Source: an uncultured Planctomycetaceae bacterium (lineage in GTDB: Bacteria; Planctomycetota; Phycisphaerae; SM23-33). Taken from it: 64,000 bases of DNA. The translations under genes and the position numbers were made by a program. The stretch lies in contig CAZSLS010000001.1 in assembly GCA_964607575.1 (NCBI GenBank), positions 45,316 through 109,315 on the forward strand, written 5' to 3'. Under the pieces are notes generated by a model. That model was not told the DNA's origin and searched no databases. It worked only from the letters and a program-made list of their open reading frames with translations. Shown one piece after another: positions 18,903 to 27,277 of this stretch (positions within the stretch are counted from its first letter, which is position 1; each line of letters opens with the position of its first letter).

Positions 18903-19075
18903 TTGAAGCAGCCCAGTTGGCAGGCGCCGACTTTGATGTCCAGTTCGTTGCAGATCTCACCGATCTGCTGCGAGGAGGTTTCGGTATCCCTGGCCAGGTC
19001 GAGCATAGCCTTGCACGAGACCTTGCCTTCGACGGCCTGGCTTTGAATCGCTTCACGAAGTTCTTCTGGGGTCAT
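18899..19075 (-). CDS. Unlisted 58-aa four-cysteine protein translationally coupled to fdhD
   Basis: My translation is MTPEELREAIQSQAVEGKVSCKAMLDLARDTETSSQQIGEICNELDIKVGACQLGCFK. AGGAGA lies 5 nt upstream of the ATG (19075). Its TGA overlaps the fdhD ATG (ATGA). It falls below the 60-aa cut-off of the ORF track. Confidence 0.55.
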   Translation of the reverse strand: MTPEELREAIQSQAVEGKVSCKAMLDLARDTETSSQQIGEICNELDIKVGACQLGCFK

Positions 19076-19239
19076 GATTATCTCCTGAAATCGTAAACCC
19101 CGAGCCTAACACCTGCCGCCCAACTGGTCAAGACCGGCGTTGTAGAGGATTTACTTGCTGGAGAGGTATCTGTCATCTATACTCGTATTTTGAACGTTTA
19201 GATCACGTGTCAAGTTGTGAAAGAAAGGGTGAAATCGAG

Positions 19240-21138
19240 ATGAGTAAGTACAAATCTGCTTGGCGGGGGGGAGTTCCGGCCGTTGCGGTGACGGTTGCCC
19301 TGTTGCTGACATCGATAGCGATCTCGGCGCCCAAGACCCAGTCGGACGCCTCCAGCGACTCGCAGCGCGCCAGTAACGCCAGATATGAAAAGGCGGTCCA
19401 GCCTGCCGAGGCCCTTATGGCCGATTGGGACTTCACCGCCGCAAAGGCCGCCCTGGCGAAACTGAGTTTCAAGGAACGGGCCTTGGCCGACCGCCTGATC
19501 GTTCGACGCGACGAGGTCATGCGCCTGGCGAAGCTCAAGGGTGAAATCATCAGCCGCGCCCGTAGCGGGATCAAGCTTGGCGGTGCGGTTATCGAGACCG
19601 GCGGTAAGAGTATATTCATCGGTGAGAAGGTAACGAAGGCTGATGATAAGGGCCTTACCATAGTTAAAAGCACTATTCGGGCAAGCAGCTCCCGCCAGGA
19701 GACGTGGGCCGGACTGAACAAAGCATCGGCGAAAAAATTACTCAAAGCAGTCGTCGCCGGCGACAATTCCGAGGACCAAATCGCTGCGGGTATTCTCTGC
19801 ACAGTTCAGCGTGACAGCGTTTCGGCCGCCAACTACTTCCGCAAGGCCAAGTCGCTCGGCGCGGATACCGAGATGTACCTTAGCCCTCTGGCCGCCGCAA
19901 TGTTCGCCAATGCACAGAAACTGCTGGACGGCAAACAGTACGCCAAAGCCCAAAAGGTCCTGGATATCCTGGACAAGGAATACTCCAACACGCCCTGGTG
20001 CGTCTCCTACAAGCATGATATCGCCCACGCTCGAATGATAGTGGGGTCCGAACCGCTCTATGCTGAGGCCGCGGCGCTCTTCAAGAAAGGTGAGCTTGAC
20101 GGTTCGCTTCCAGGCATTGTCAAACGCCTCAAGGCCGAGTTCTCCACCTCACCGGCCGTTACGGATAACTCGCGCGATCCGTCCTTCGCCCGGATGGCCG
20201 AGGCCGTTAAGGACATAAAACCGCCAACCATTGTGCGCAAGGACGGTAAGGGCGACTTCCGGAGTATCCAGGCCGCCATCGATGCCGCCAAGCCCGGGAG
20301 CGTCATCGAAATCCAGGACGCCGGACCCTATAACGAGAAGATCAAATTCTCCAAGAACAAAGCGGGCCTGACGCTTCGAGGCAAGAAAGGCCTCTGGCCG
20401 ATTGTTCATTCCGTCAAAGGCGGCGCCAAGATCGGCTCGCTCGTTCTGGTTGAGACGAAAGACATCACACTCGAAGGCCTTGTGCTGGCGCATCTGTCGC
20501 CGTCCGGTGGTACTCCGCGGTGCGTAGCTGTGGGGACGGGATCCTCACTGCTGGTTCGCTCCTCGGTACTATCCATGCACGGAGCAGAAGGGGTATGGGT
20601 GAGCCAAAAACATAGTGGTCAACCGAGGATTGTCATTGAGGACAGTTTCATTGCGGCCGACGCCAGCGGAGAGAGCGATCATTTCACCGTCAGAAACTCT
20701 ATCTGGGTAGGAACCAAGATGGGGATGCGCAAATCTGACATTGCGAACTGTGTTCTGCTAGTTGATTCAGTAAAGGCACACGGTCTCTTTCGACACTGCA
20801 CGATAGTGGGAAAGGTCGATCTTAGTGGAACGAACGTAATCGATTCTATTATTCTCAATGTACGTATTCATAGTAATCAGATCATTCGACGCTGCAACAT
20901 TTATGGCGAAACACCCAAGGATATCAAGTCGACCACCAAGGTGATATTCAAGGAATGTTTCGTCAAGGACCCCATGTTCGTCAATCCGAAGAAACTTGAC
21001 TACAGCCTGAAATCCAGAAGCCCCTGCCGCCGGAAGGCGACAGACGGTGAAGACATCGGCGTACAATTCACGCCCAAGATGATCGAGATACGCAAGAAGG
21101 CCTTCGAACTGCTCGCCAAAAAGATCATAAGATTCTGA
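19240..21138 (+). CDS. Secreted protein with right-handed parallel beta-helix (pectin-lyase-fold-like) domain
   Basis: Signal peptide from the ATG at 19240. DGKGDFRSIQAAIDAAKPGSVIEIQDAGPY is typical of the start of beta-helix carbohydrate-active proteins. A possible promoter (TTGCTG, 17 nt, TATACT) lies at 19155-19183. Confidence 0.65.
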   Translation: MSKYKSAWRGGVPAVAVTVALLLTSIAISAPKTQSDASSDSQRASNARYEKAVQPAEALMADWDFTAAKAALAKLSFKERALADRLIVRRDEVMRLAKLKGEIISRARSGIKLGGAVIETGGKSIFIGEKVTKADDKGLTIVKSTIRASSSRQETWAGLNKASAKKLLKAVVAGDNSEDQIAAGILCTVQRDSVSAANYFRKAKSLGADTEMYLSPLAAAMFANAQKLLDGKQYAKAQKVLDILDKEYSNTPWCVSYKHDIAHARMIVGSEPLYAEAAALFKKGELDGSLPGIVKRLKAEFSTSPAVTDNSRDPSFARMAEAVKDIKPPTIVRKDGKGDFRSIQAAIDAAKPGSVIEIQDAGPYNEKIKFSKNKAGLTLRGKKGLWPIVHSVKGGAKIGSLVLVETKDITLEGLVLAHLSPSGGTPRCVAVGTGSSLLVRSSVLSMHGAEGVWVSQKHSGQPRIVIEDSFIAADASGESDHFTVRNSIWVGTKMGMRKSDIANCVLLVDSVKAHGLFRHCTIVGKVDLSGTNVIDSIILNVRIHSNQIIRRCNIYGETPKDIKSTTKVIFKECFVKDPMFVNPKKLDYSLKSRSPCRRKATDGEDIGVQFTPKMIEIRKKAFELLAKKIIRF

Positions 21139-21161
21139 CCTGCCCGGCTGCGATAGGGGGT

Positions 21162-21190
21162 TTGATTCGGTTTGCTCGGGTGGTTATAAT
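21162..21190 (+). promoter_or_regulatory. Putative sigma70-type promoter of the formate dehydrogenase operon
   Basis: TTGATT (21162-21167), 17-nt spacer, TATAAT (21185-21190), about 90 nt upstream of the ATG at 21283. Confidence 0.4.
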
Positions 21191-21282
21191 CCAGCAACGT
21201 GATGTAGATTGGATTTCGCTTGTTCGTGTTCGCGGCCGTCGCTGCGGCGCAGATTCAATTACTCGTTTGAAAGGCCTATGCA

Positions 21283-21810
21283 ATGGTGCGTGAGACTGCT
21301 AAAGACGCTTCAACCGACCAGGGCGTTAGCCCCGCGGAAGTTGACGCGGTTCTCTATGAACTTGGCGTCGGGCTCGATTCGGACCTGATCAGCGTCCTCC
21401 AGGACGTTCAGGAGCGATTGGGTTATCTACCGGCAGAAGTGCTCCAGTGCGTCAGCGATCGGACGAGGATTCCGCTTAGCCGGGTCTATGGAGTGGTCAG
21501 CTTCTACGCCCAGTTCTACACCGAACCGCAGGGAAAACATACGATCCGCTGCTGCCGCGGTACGGCGTGCTACGTGCGCGGCGGAGAGGGCGTAATTGAC
21601 GCCATCGGTCGCCGCCTGGGCGTCGAGGACGGTGGATCGACGGAGGATATGATGTTTTCGTTTGAGACGGTGGCCTGTCTCGGCGCCTGCGCACTGGCGC
21701 CTGTGGTTGTGGCCGACGGTAAGTACTACGGTATGGCCACTCCGAGCAGCGTCGAGGAGGTGATCGACCAGATCGCCGACGCCGAGTCGAACAAAGAGGA
21801 GACGAACTGA
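21283..21810 (+). CDS. NuoE/HoxE-like thioredoxin-fold [2Fe-2S] subunit
   Basis: CCRGTACYVRG ... VACLGACALAP (C-x4-C ... C-x3-C). The stop overlaps the next ATG (TGATG). Confidence 0.85.
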   Translation: MVRETAKDASTDQGVSPAEVDAVLYELGVGLDSDLISVLQDVQERLGYLPAEVLQCVSDRTRIPLSRVYGVVSFYAQFYTEPQGKHTIRCCRGTACYVRGGEGVIDAIGRRLGVEDGGSTEDMMFSFETVACLGACALAPVVVADGKYYGMATPSSVEEVIDQIADAESNKEETN

Positions 21811-23672
21811 TGGAACGATTGGGCTCAATCAAAGCCTTTCACGATCGGCAGCGTGAGTTGACGGAGAAACTGGATCCGGAGCAGAAAATCATTACGATCT
21901 GCGGCGGGACCGGCTGCATCGCTTTTGGGGCTCCGGATGTTGAGCAGGTCTTCCGCGACGAAGTGGCCTCTCGCGGCTTGTCGGAATCTGTTTCCGTCAA
22001 GCGAACGGGCTGTCACGGATTTTGCGAGAAGGGCCCGGTTATCGTCATCCTGCCGCAGGGGATATTCTACCCCAGCGTCCAGATCGAGGACATCGGCGAG
22101 ATTATCGATGAAACAGTGGTGGCCGGCAGGACGATCGAGAGACTGCTCTACGTCGACCCGATGACGGGCGAGCGGATTGCCGAGGACCACAAAATCCCGT
22201 TTTACGCTCGGCAACAGCGGGCGGTTTTTCGCCTCAACGGTATCCTGGATCCGATTGATCTGGACGACTACCTGGCTCGCGACGGATACGCCGCGGTGGC
22301 GAAGGCTTTGGGAGAAATGAAGCCTGAGGATGTGATTGACGAGGTTATCGCAGCGGGCCTGCGCGGGCGGGGCGGCGCGGGTTTTCCTGCGGGGCGGAAA
22401 TGGCAGTTCTGCCGTCAGGCGCCCGGTGACCGGAAGTACCTGATCTGCAATGCCGACGAGGGCGACCCGGGCGCATTCATGGACCGCAGTCTTCTGGAAG
22501 GCACGCCGCATGCGATCGTTGAGGGCATGATCATATCGGCCTACGCTATCGGGGCTTCTGAGGGCATCATCTACGTTCGGGCCGAATACCCGCTGGCGAT
22601 CGAGAACACCCGGATCGCGTTGGACGACGCCCGCGCCGCGGGTCTGCTGGGCGAGGATATACTCGGCACGGGGTTCGATTTCGACATCTCCATCCACAAG
22701 GGCGCCGGGGCGTTTGTCTGCGGCGAGGAGACCGCCTTGATCGCCTCGCTGGAAAATTCCCGCGGTATGCCGCGTCCGCGTCCACCGTTCCCCGCCGTCA
22801 GCGGATACCGCGGCAAGCCCACCAACATCAACAACGTCGAAACCTTCGCCAACGTGCCGCTGATCATTCTCACGGGCTCGGCCCAATACGCTTCGGTGGG
22901 CACCGAAGGGTCCAAGGGCACGAAGGTGTTCGCCCTGGCGGGCAAAGTTAACAACACCGGGCTGGTTGAGGCGCCCATGGGCGCCACGCTGCGTCAGATC
23001 GTCTTCGATATCGGCGGGGGAATTCCCGACGACCGTGAATTCAAGGCCGCCCAGTTGGGAGGCCCCTCCGGCGGCTGCGTGCCGGCGGAGTTTCTCGATC
23101 ATCCGATCGACTACGATTCGCTCCAGGAAATCGGGGCGATCATGGGCTCGGGCGGATTGATCGTGATGGACCAGACCACGTGCATGGTCGATATTGCGCG
23201 TTTCTTCACCGATTTTGTGCAGTCCGAATCGTGCGGTAAGTGCGTGCCCTGCCGCATCGGTACGAAGCGAATGCTGGAGATACTCACCCGCATCACGGAA
23301 GGTCGGGGCGAGTTGGAGGACATCGACCGCCTGGTGAAACTCGGGGAGATGGTCAAGGAGGCGTCATTGTGCGGCTTGGGGCAGACGGGTCCGAACCCCG
23401 TGTTGTCGGCGATTCGATACTTCCGCGACGAGTATGTCGCGCACGTGGTTGACCATAGGTGTCCCGCCGGCGTGTGCAAGGCCCTTACCTCGTATTTTGT
23501 GGAAGCCGAGGTGTGCAAGGCCTGCGGAATGTGCGTAAAGGTTTGCCCCGTGGACGCTATTTCCGATGGCGTGAAGAAGGTCCCGGCCGTAATCGACCAG
23601 GACAAATGCGTAAGCTGCGGTGTTTGCATAGAGACCTGCAAGTTCGACGCGGTGAAGATATCCAGAGGCTAG
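21810..23672 (+). CDS. NuoF-like NAD(P)H/FMN/[4Fe-4S] subunit with extra N-terminal [2Fe-2S] and C-terminal 2x[4Fe-4S] domains (HydB/HndC-type)
   Basis: GLRGRGGAGFPAGRKW and CNADEGDPGAFMDR (FMN/NADH site). ESCGKCVPCRIG (N3 cluster). N-terminal CGGTGC...CHGFC. C-terminal CKACGMCVKVCP and CVSCGVCIETC. Confidence 0.9.
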   Translation: MERLGSIKAFHDRQRELTEKLDPEQKIITICGGTGCIAFGAPDVEQVFRDEVASRGLSESVSVKRTGCHGFCEKGPVIVILPQGIFYPSVQIEDIGEIIDETVVAGRTIERLLYVDPMTGERIAEDHKIPFYARQQRAVFRLNGILDPIDLDDYLARDGYAAVAKALGEMKPEDVIDEVIAAGLRGRGGAGFPAGRKWQFCRQAPGDRKYLICNADEGDPGAFMDRSLLEGTPHAIVEGMIISAYAIGASEGIIYVRAEYPLAIENTRIALDDARAAGLLGEDILGTGFDFDISIHKGAGAFVCGEETALIASLENSRGMPRPRPPFPAVSGYRGKPTNINNVETFANVPLIILTGSAQYASVGTEGSKGTKVFALAGKVNNTGLVEAPMGATLRQIVFDIGGGIPDDREFKAAQLGGPSGGCVPAEFLDHPIDYDSLQEIGAIMGSGGLIVMDQTTCMVDIARFFTDFVQSESCGKCVPCRIGTKRMLEILTRITEGRGELEDIDRLVKLGEMVKEASLCGLGQTGPNPVLSAIRYFRDEYVAHVVDHRCPAGVCKALTSYFVEAEVCKACGMCVKVCPVDAISDGVKKVPAVIDQDKCVSCGVCIETCKFDAVKISRG

Positions 23673-23696
23673 ACCAACGGGAAGTTCAATACAAAA

Positions 23697-26396
23697 ATGT
23701 CAGATACGATAACATTGAAAATTGATGACGTAGAAGTCACCGTCGCGCCCCGGACGACCATTCTCGACGCCGCGGCGACTGTTGGGATCGATATACCGCA
23801 CCTTTGCCACGATCCGAACTGGAGCATTCCGCCCAGCAGTTCCTGCCGCCTCTGCCTCGTGGAAGTCGAAGGCGCCAGGGCGCCGATGGCCTCCTGCTCG
23901 AGCTGCGCCGCAGACGGCATGGTCGTGCGGACCGATACTGAAAAGATACTCGAGTACCGGCGGATGGTGATCGAACTGCTGCTGTCGGACCATCCGCAGG
24001 ACTGCATGACATGCGAGCAGGGGGCGTGCTGCTCTCTGCAGGAATATGCCTACGCGCTGGGGGTTACCGAATCGCCTTACTCAGACGTCGCGGGCGACGT
24101 TAAGCCCCGACCGGCTCAGGACGGGCCGGCCATTATTTACGATCGCAGCAAGTGCATTCTCTGCGGGCGATGCGTCGAAGTCTGCCAGAATATTCATGCC
24201 TCAGGCGCGATCGAGTTTTGCGGTAGAGGTTTTGACACCGAGGTGATGATCCCGCCCGGACTGACGCGCAGGGAGTCTACGTGCAGCGAGTGCGGCAACT
24301 GTATCGATGTTTGCCCGACTGGTGCGATGTCCGGAGCCTTGGGCTGCGGGCGGGGGCGAAACTGGGAACTTGACCAAACCGAAAGCATCTGCCCGTACTG
24401 CGGGTGCGGTTGCACGATCGTGCTGAATGTTCGCGACAACAAAGTCGTCAAAATCACCGGGCGGGGCGATCTTGGCGTCAACGAGGGAATGCTCTGCGTA
24501 AAGGGGCGGTTCGGCATCGATTTTATGGGCCACAGCGAAAGGCTCACCCAACCGCTCATTCGCAAGGACGGCGAACTCCAGCCGGCTGGCTGGGACGAAG
24601 CTCTCGATCTGATCGCCAGTCGCCTTACCGAGATCCGCGACGCCTCGGGTCCCGATTCAATAGCCGGTCTGGCGTCGGCGAAATGCACCAACGAAGAAAA
24701 CTACATACTCCAGAAGTTCGTGCGGGCGGTGATAGGAACCAATAACGTTGACCACTGCGCCAGGCTCTGTCATTCGTCGACGGTGGCTGGACTGGCCAGG
24801 TCGTTCGGCAGCGGGGCGATGACCAACTCGATCGAAGATTTTGAACTAACCGACTGCATATTCGTGATCGGCTCGAACACCACCGAATGCCATCCGATAA
24901 TCGGTTCGGCGATCAAACGCGCCGTTGCTCGCGGCGCAAAGCTGATAGTGGCCGATCCGCGTAAAATCGAACTGGTCGGCCTGTCCGATCTGTACATGTC
25001 CCAGCGAAGCGGTTCGGACGTGGCCCTGATCAACGCGATGATGCACGTTATTCTCGAAGAAGGGCTCGCCGACGAGCAGTTTATCGCCGACCGGACCGAA
25101 GGTTTTGAAGAAGTCCGCGCCGCGGTTGCCCCATGCACGCCCGAACTGGCCGAGAAAATCACCACCGTACCGGCGGGCGACATCATTCAGGCCGCACGCA
25201 TGTACGCCCGCGCCCAGGCGGCGTCAATTGTCTACTCGATGGGCATAACCCAGCACACAACCGGCACGGACAACGTGATGTCGCTGGCGAATCTGGCGAT
25301 GCTCACGGGCAATGTCGGTAAGCCCGGTGCGGGCGTTAATCCGCTCCGCGGGCAGAACAACGTTCAGGGCGCCTGCGATCTGGGCGCCTTGCCGAACGTC
25401 TATCCCGGCTACCAGAAAGTTGACGCACCTGAGGCCCAAAAGAAATTCCAGTCCGCTTGGGGCGTCGAGCTTTCGCCAACGCCGGGGCTTACCGTTGTCG
25501 AAATGATGAACGCCGGGACTGCAGGCGATCTCAAGGCGCTGTATCTCATGGGCGAGAACCCCATGCTCTCGGACCCCGACCAGAACCATGTGCGCGAAGC
25601 GCTGGAGAAGATCGATTTCGTGGTCGTCCAGGATATTTTCCTGACCGAGACTGCCGAACTGGCCGACGTTGTCCTTCCCGCGGCCGGATTCGCCGAGAAG
25701 GTCGGTACGTTCACAAACACCGAGCGCCGCGTCCAGTTGCTGCACAAGGCCATCGAGGCCCCCGGCGAGGCGCGACTTGACTGGGAGATAGTCTGCGACC
25801 TTGCATCTCGAATGGGCTACGAAATGTCGTACGCCGACGCCAGCGCCATTGAAGATGAAATCGCATCTGTCTCGCCGATCTACGGTGGAATTGTTTACCC
25901 GCGTCTGGCCAATGGGACGCTGCAGTGGCCTTGCCCGAACGGAGAACATCCCGGCACGCCGTATTTGCACAAGGACAAGTTCTCGCGCGGACTGGGCAAG
26001 TTCCATCCCGTCGAGTTCATAGAGGCCCGCGAACTGCCCGACGAAGAGTTCCCGATTCTGCTGACGACCGGGCGGATACTCGAACACTTCCATACCGGCT
26101 CGATGTCCAGGCGATCGCAGGTTCTCGACGCGCTGGTACCGGCAGGGTCGATCGAGATCAGTTCCACCGACGCCGACAATCTCGGTATCGCCGACGGCGC
26201 GATGGTCAAGGTAACTTCCCGGCGTGGTGAGATCGAGGTGGCTGCCCAGATTTCCCCGCGCGTTCTGCCCGGAGCGGTGTTCCTGGCGTTCCATTACCGC
26301 GAGTCGCCCGCCAACAGACTAACCATCGCAGCCCTGGACCCCATCGCCAAGATCCCCGAATTCAAAGTCTGCGCCGTCCGCATCGAGGGGTTATGA
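23697..26396 (+). CDS. fdhA: Formate dehydrogenase catalytic subunit (Mo/W-bis-MGD), cysteine type
   Basis: N-terminal [2Fe-2S] and His/Cys cluster region. CILCGRCVEVC and CSECGNCIDVCP. ICPYCGCGC MGD-type cluster. Active-site VDHCARLCHSSTV with Cys, no in-frame TGA. 899 aa. Confidence 0.9.
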   Translation: MSDTITLKIDDVEVTVAPRTTILDAAATVGIDIPHLCHDPNWSIPPSSSCRLCLVEVEGARAPMASCSSCAADGMVVRTDTEKILEYRRMVIELLLSDHPQDCMTCEQGACCSLQEYAYALGVTESPYSDVAGDVKPRPAQDGPAIIYDRSKCILCGRCVEVCQNIHASGAIEFCGRGFDTEVMIPPGLTRRESTCSECGNCIDVCPTGAMSGALGCGRGRNWELDQTESICPYCGCGCTIVLNVRDNKVVKITGRGDLGVNEGMLCVKGRFGIDFMGHSERLTQPLIRKDGELQPAGWDEALDLIASRLTEIRDASGPDSIAGLASAKCTNEENYILQKFVRAVIGTNNVDHCARLCHSSTVAGLARSFGSGAMTNSIEDFELTDCIFVIGSNTTECHPIIGSAIKRAVARGAKLIVADPRKIELVGLSDLYMSQRSGSDVALINAMMHVILEEGLADEQFIADRTEGFEEVRAAVAPCTPELAEKITTVPAGDIIQAARMYARAQAASIVYSMGITQHTTGTDNVMSLANLAMLTGNVGKPGAGVNPLRGQNNVQGACDLGALPNVYPGYQKVDAPEAQKKFQSAWGVELSPTPGLTVVEMMNAGTAGDLKALYLMGENPMLSDPDQNHVREALEKIDFVVVQDIFLTETAELADVVLPAAGFAEKVGTFTNTERRVQLLHKAIEAPGEARLDWEIVCDLASRMGYEMSYADASAIEDEIASVSPIYGGIVYPRLANGTLQWPCPNGEHPGTPYLHKDKFSRGLGKFHPVEFIEARELPDEEFPILLTTGRILEHFHTGSMSRRSQVLDALVPAGSIEISSTDADNLGIADGAMVKVTSRRGEIEVAAQISPRVLPGAVFLAFHYRESPANRLTIAALDPIAKIPEFKVCAVRIEGL

Positions 26397-26403
26397 GATC
26401 GGT

Positions 26404-27207
26404 CTAACCGAGCGCCCCGTCGCGTTCGGCGCTGATGTAGTTCATGCAGTAGTCATCTTTTCCCGCTACCGCTTCGGCGGCGAGGATCGCCGCTACTATC
26501 CCCGGCGTGCATGGGTCGATCAGCCCGGCGTCCATTCCGTGATATATCGCCTGGGCCAGCGCGGCGAAGTTCACCAGTTTCCGCTTCGGCAGCCCGTAGC
26601 TTATGTTTGAGCATCCGCCGCCGATGTGAATCTCAGGCCAGTTTTCGTGTATTGTTGCAATGGCATCGATCACCGCTCGCCCGCAGGCCCCGTCGGCCGA
26701 TACCGGGAAGAAGCACGGATCGATGATGATATCGCCGCCGCTCTTACCGCATGCCTCGAACTTCTCGATCAGCGCACCAGCTCGCTCGACGCGGTCGGCG
26801 GCGCCTTGCGGTGGTCCGTCGTCGCTCATCACCAGTCCGATGACCATGCAATCGTATTTCGCCAGGGTTTCCAGACGTTCATCGAGGTTGTCGGTCTCCA
26901 GTGAGATGCTGTTCAGGATCGATTTGTCGCCTTCTCTGACCAGCGACAGTCCCGCATCCATGGCCTGGGGGTTGGCTGAATCTATCGCAACCGGAACGTT
27001 GGTGTGCGCTTGGACGAGATTCACCAGCCACTCCATATTCTTTTCTTCCTGGCCCGGGCGCGGATCACCGCCGTTGAGGTCTATATAATCGGCTCCGGCG
27101 CGGGCCTGGGCGACTGCGAGGTCGATAATGAACTGCTCGTCGCGGTCTGCCAGCGCCGCGGATACGGACTTGCGCGTAGCATTGATTTTCTCGCCAATGA
27201 TGATCAT
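26404..27207 (-). CDS. Pterin-binding (DHPS-like) protein, methyl-H4folate:corrinoid methyltransferase-like (AcsE/MtrH family)
   Basis: MIIIGEKINATRK, ADYIDLNGG, PVAIDS and LNSIS blocks resemble MeTr-type pterin-binding barrels. Convergent with fdhA with only a 7-bp spacer. Confidence 0.65.
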   Translation of the reverse strand: MIIIGEKINATRKSVSAALADRDEQFIIDLAVAQARAGADYIDLNGGDPRPGQEEKNMEWLVNLVQAHTNVPVAIDSANPQAMDAGLSLVREGDKSILNSISLETDNLDERLETLAKYDCMVIGLVMSDDGPPQGAADRVERAGALIEKFEACGKSGGDIIIDPCFFPVSADGACGRAVIDAIATIHENWPEIHIGGGCSNISYGLPKRKLVNFAALAQAIYHGMDAGLIDPCTPGIVAAILAAEAVAGKDDYCMNYISAERDGALG

Positions 27208-27277
27208 CCTGAGGACTCTCCGCTCTGTGGTGTGTCGGTCTTCGGTGTTGACGGTAGACCGCTTTGGGCTTTAGTGC

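Noticed and set aside
23697-26396. Possible selenocysteine (TGA recoding) in the formate dehydrogenase catalytic subunit.
   Set aside because: The ORF is uninterrupted, and the active-site position reads Cys (CARLCHSS). No SECIS-like requirement arises.
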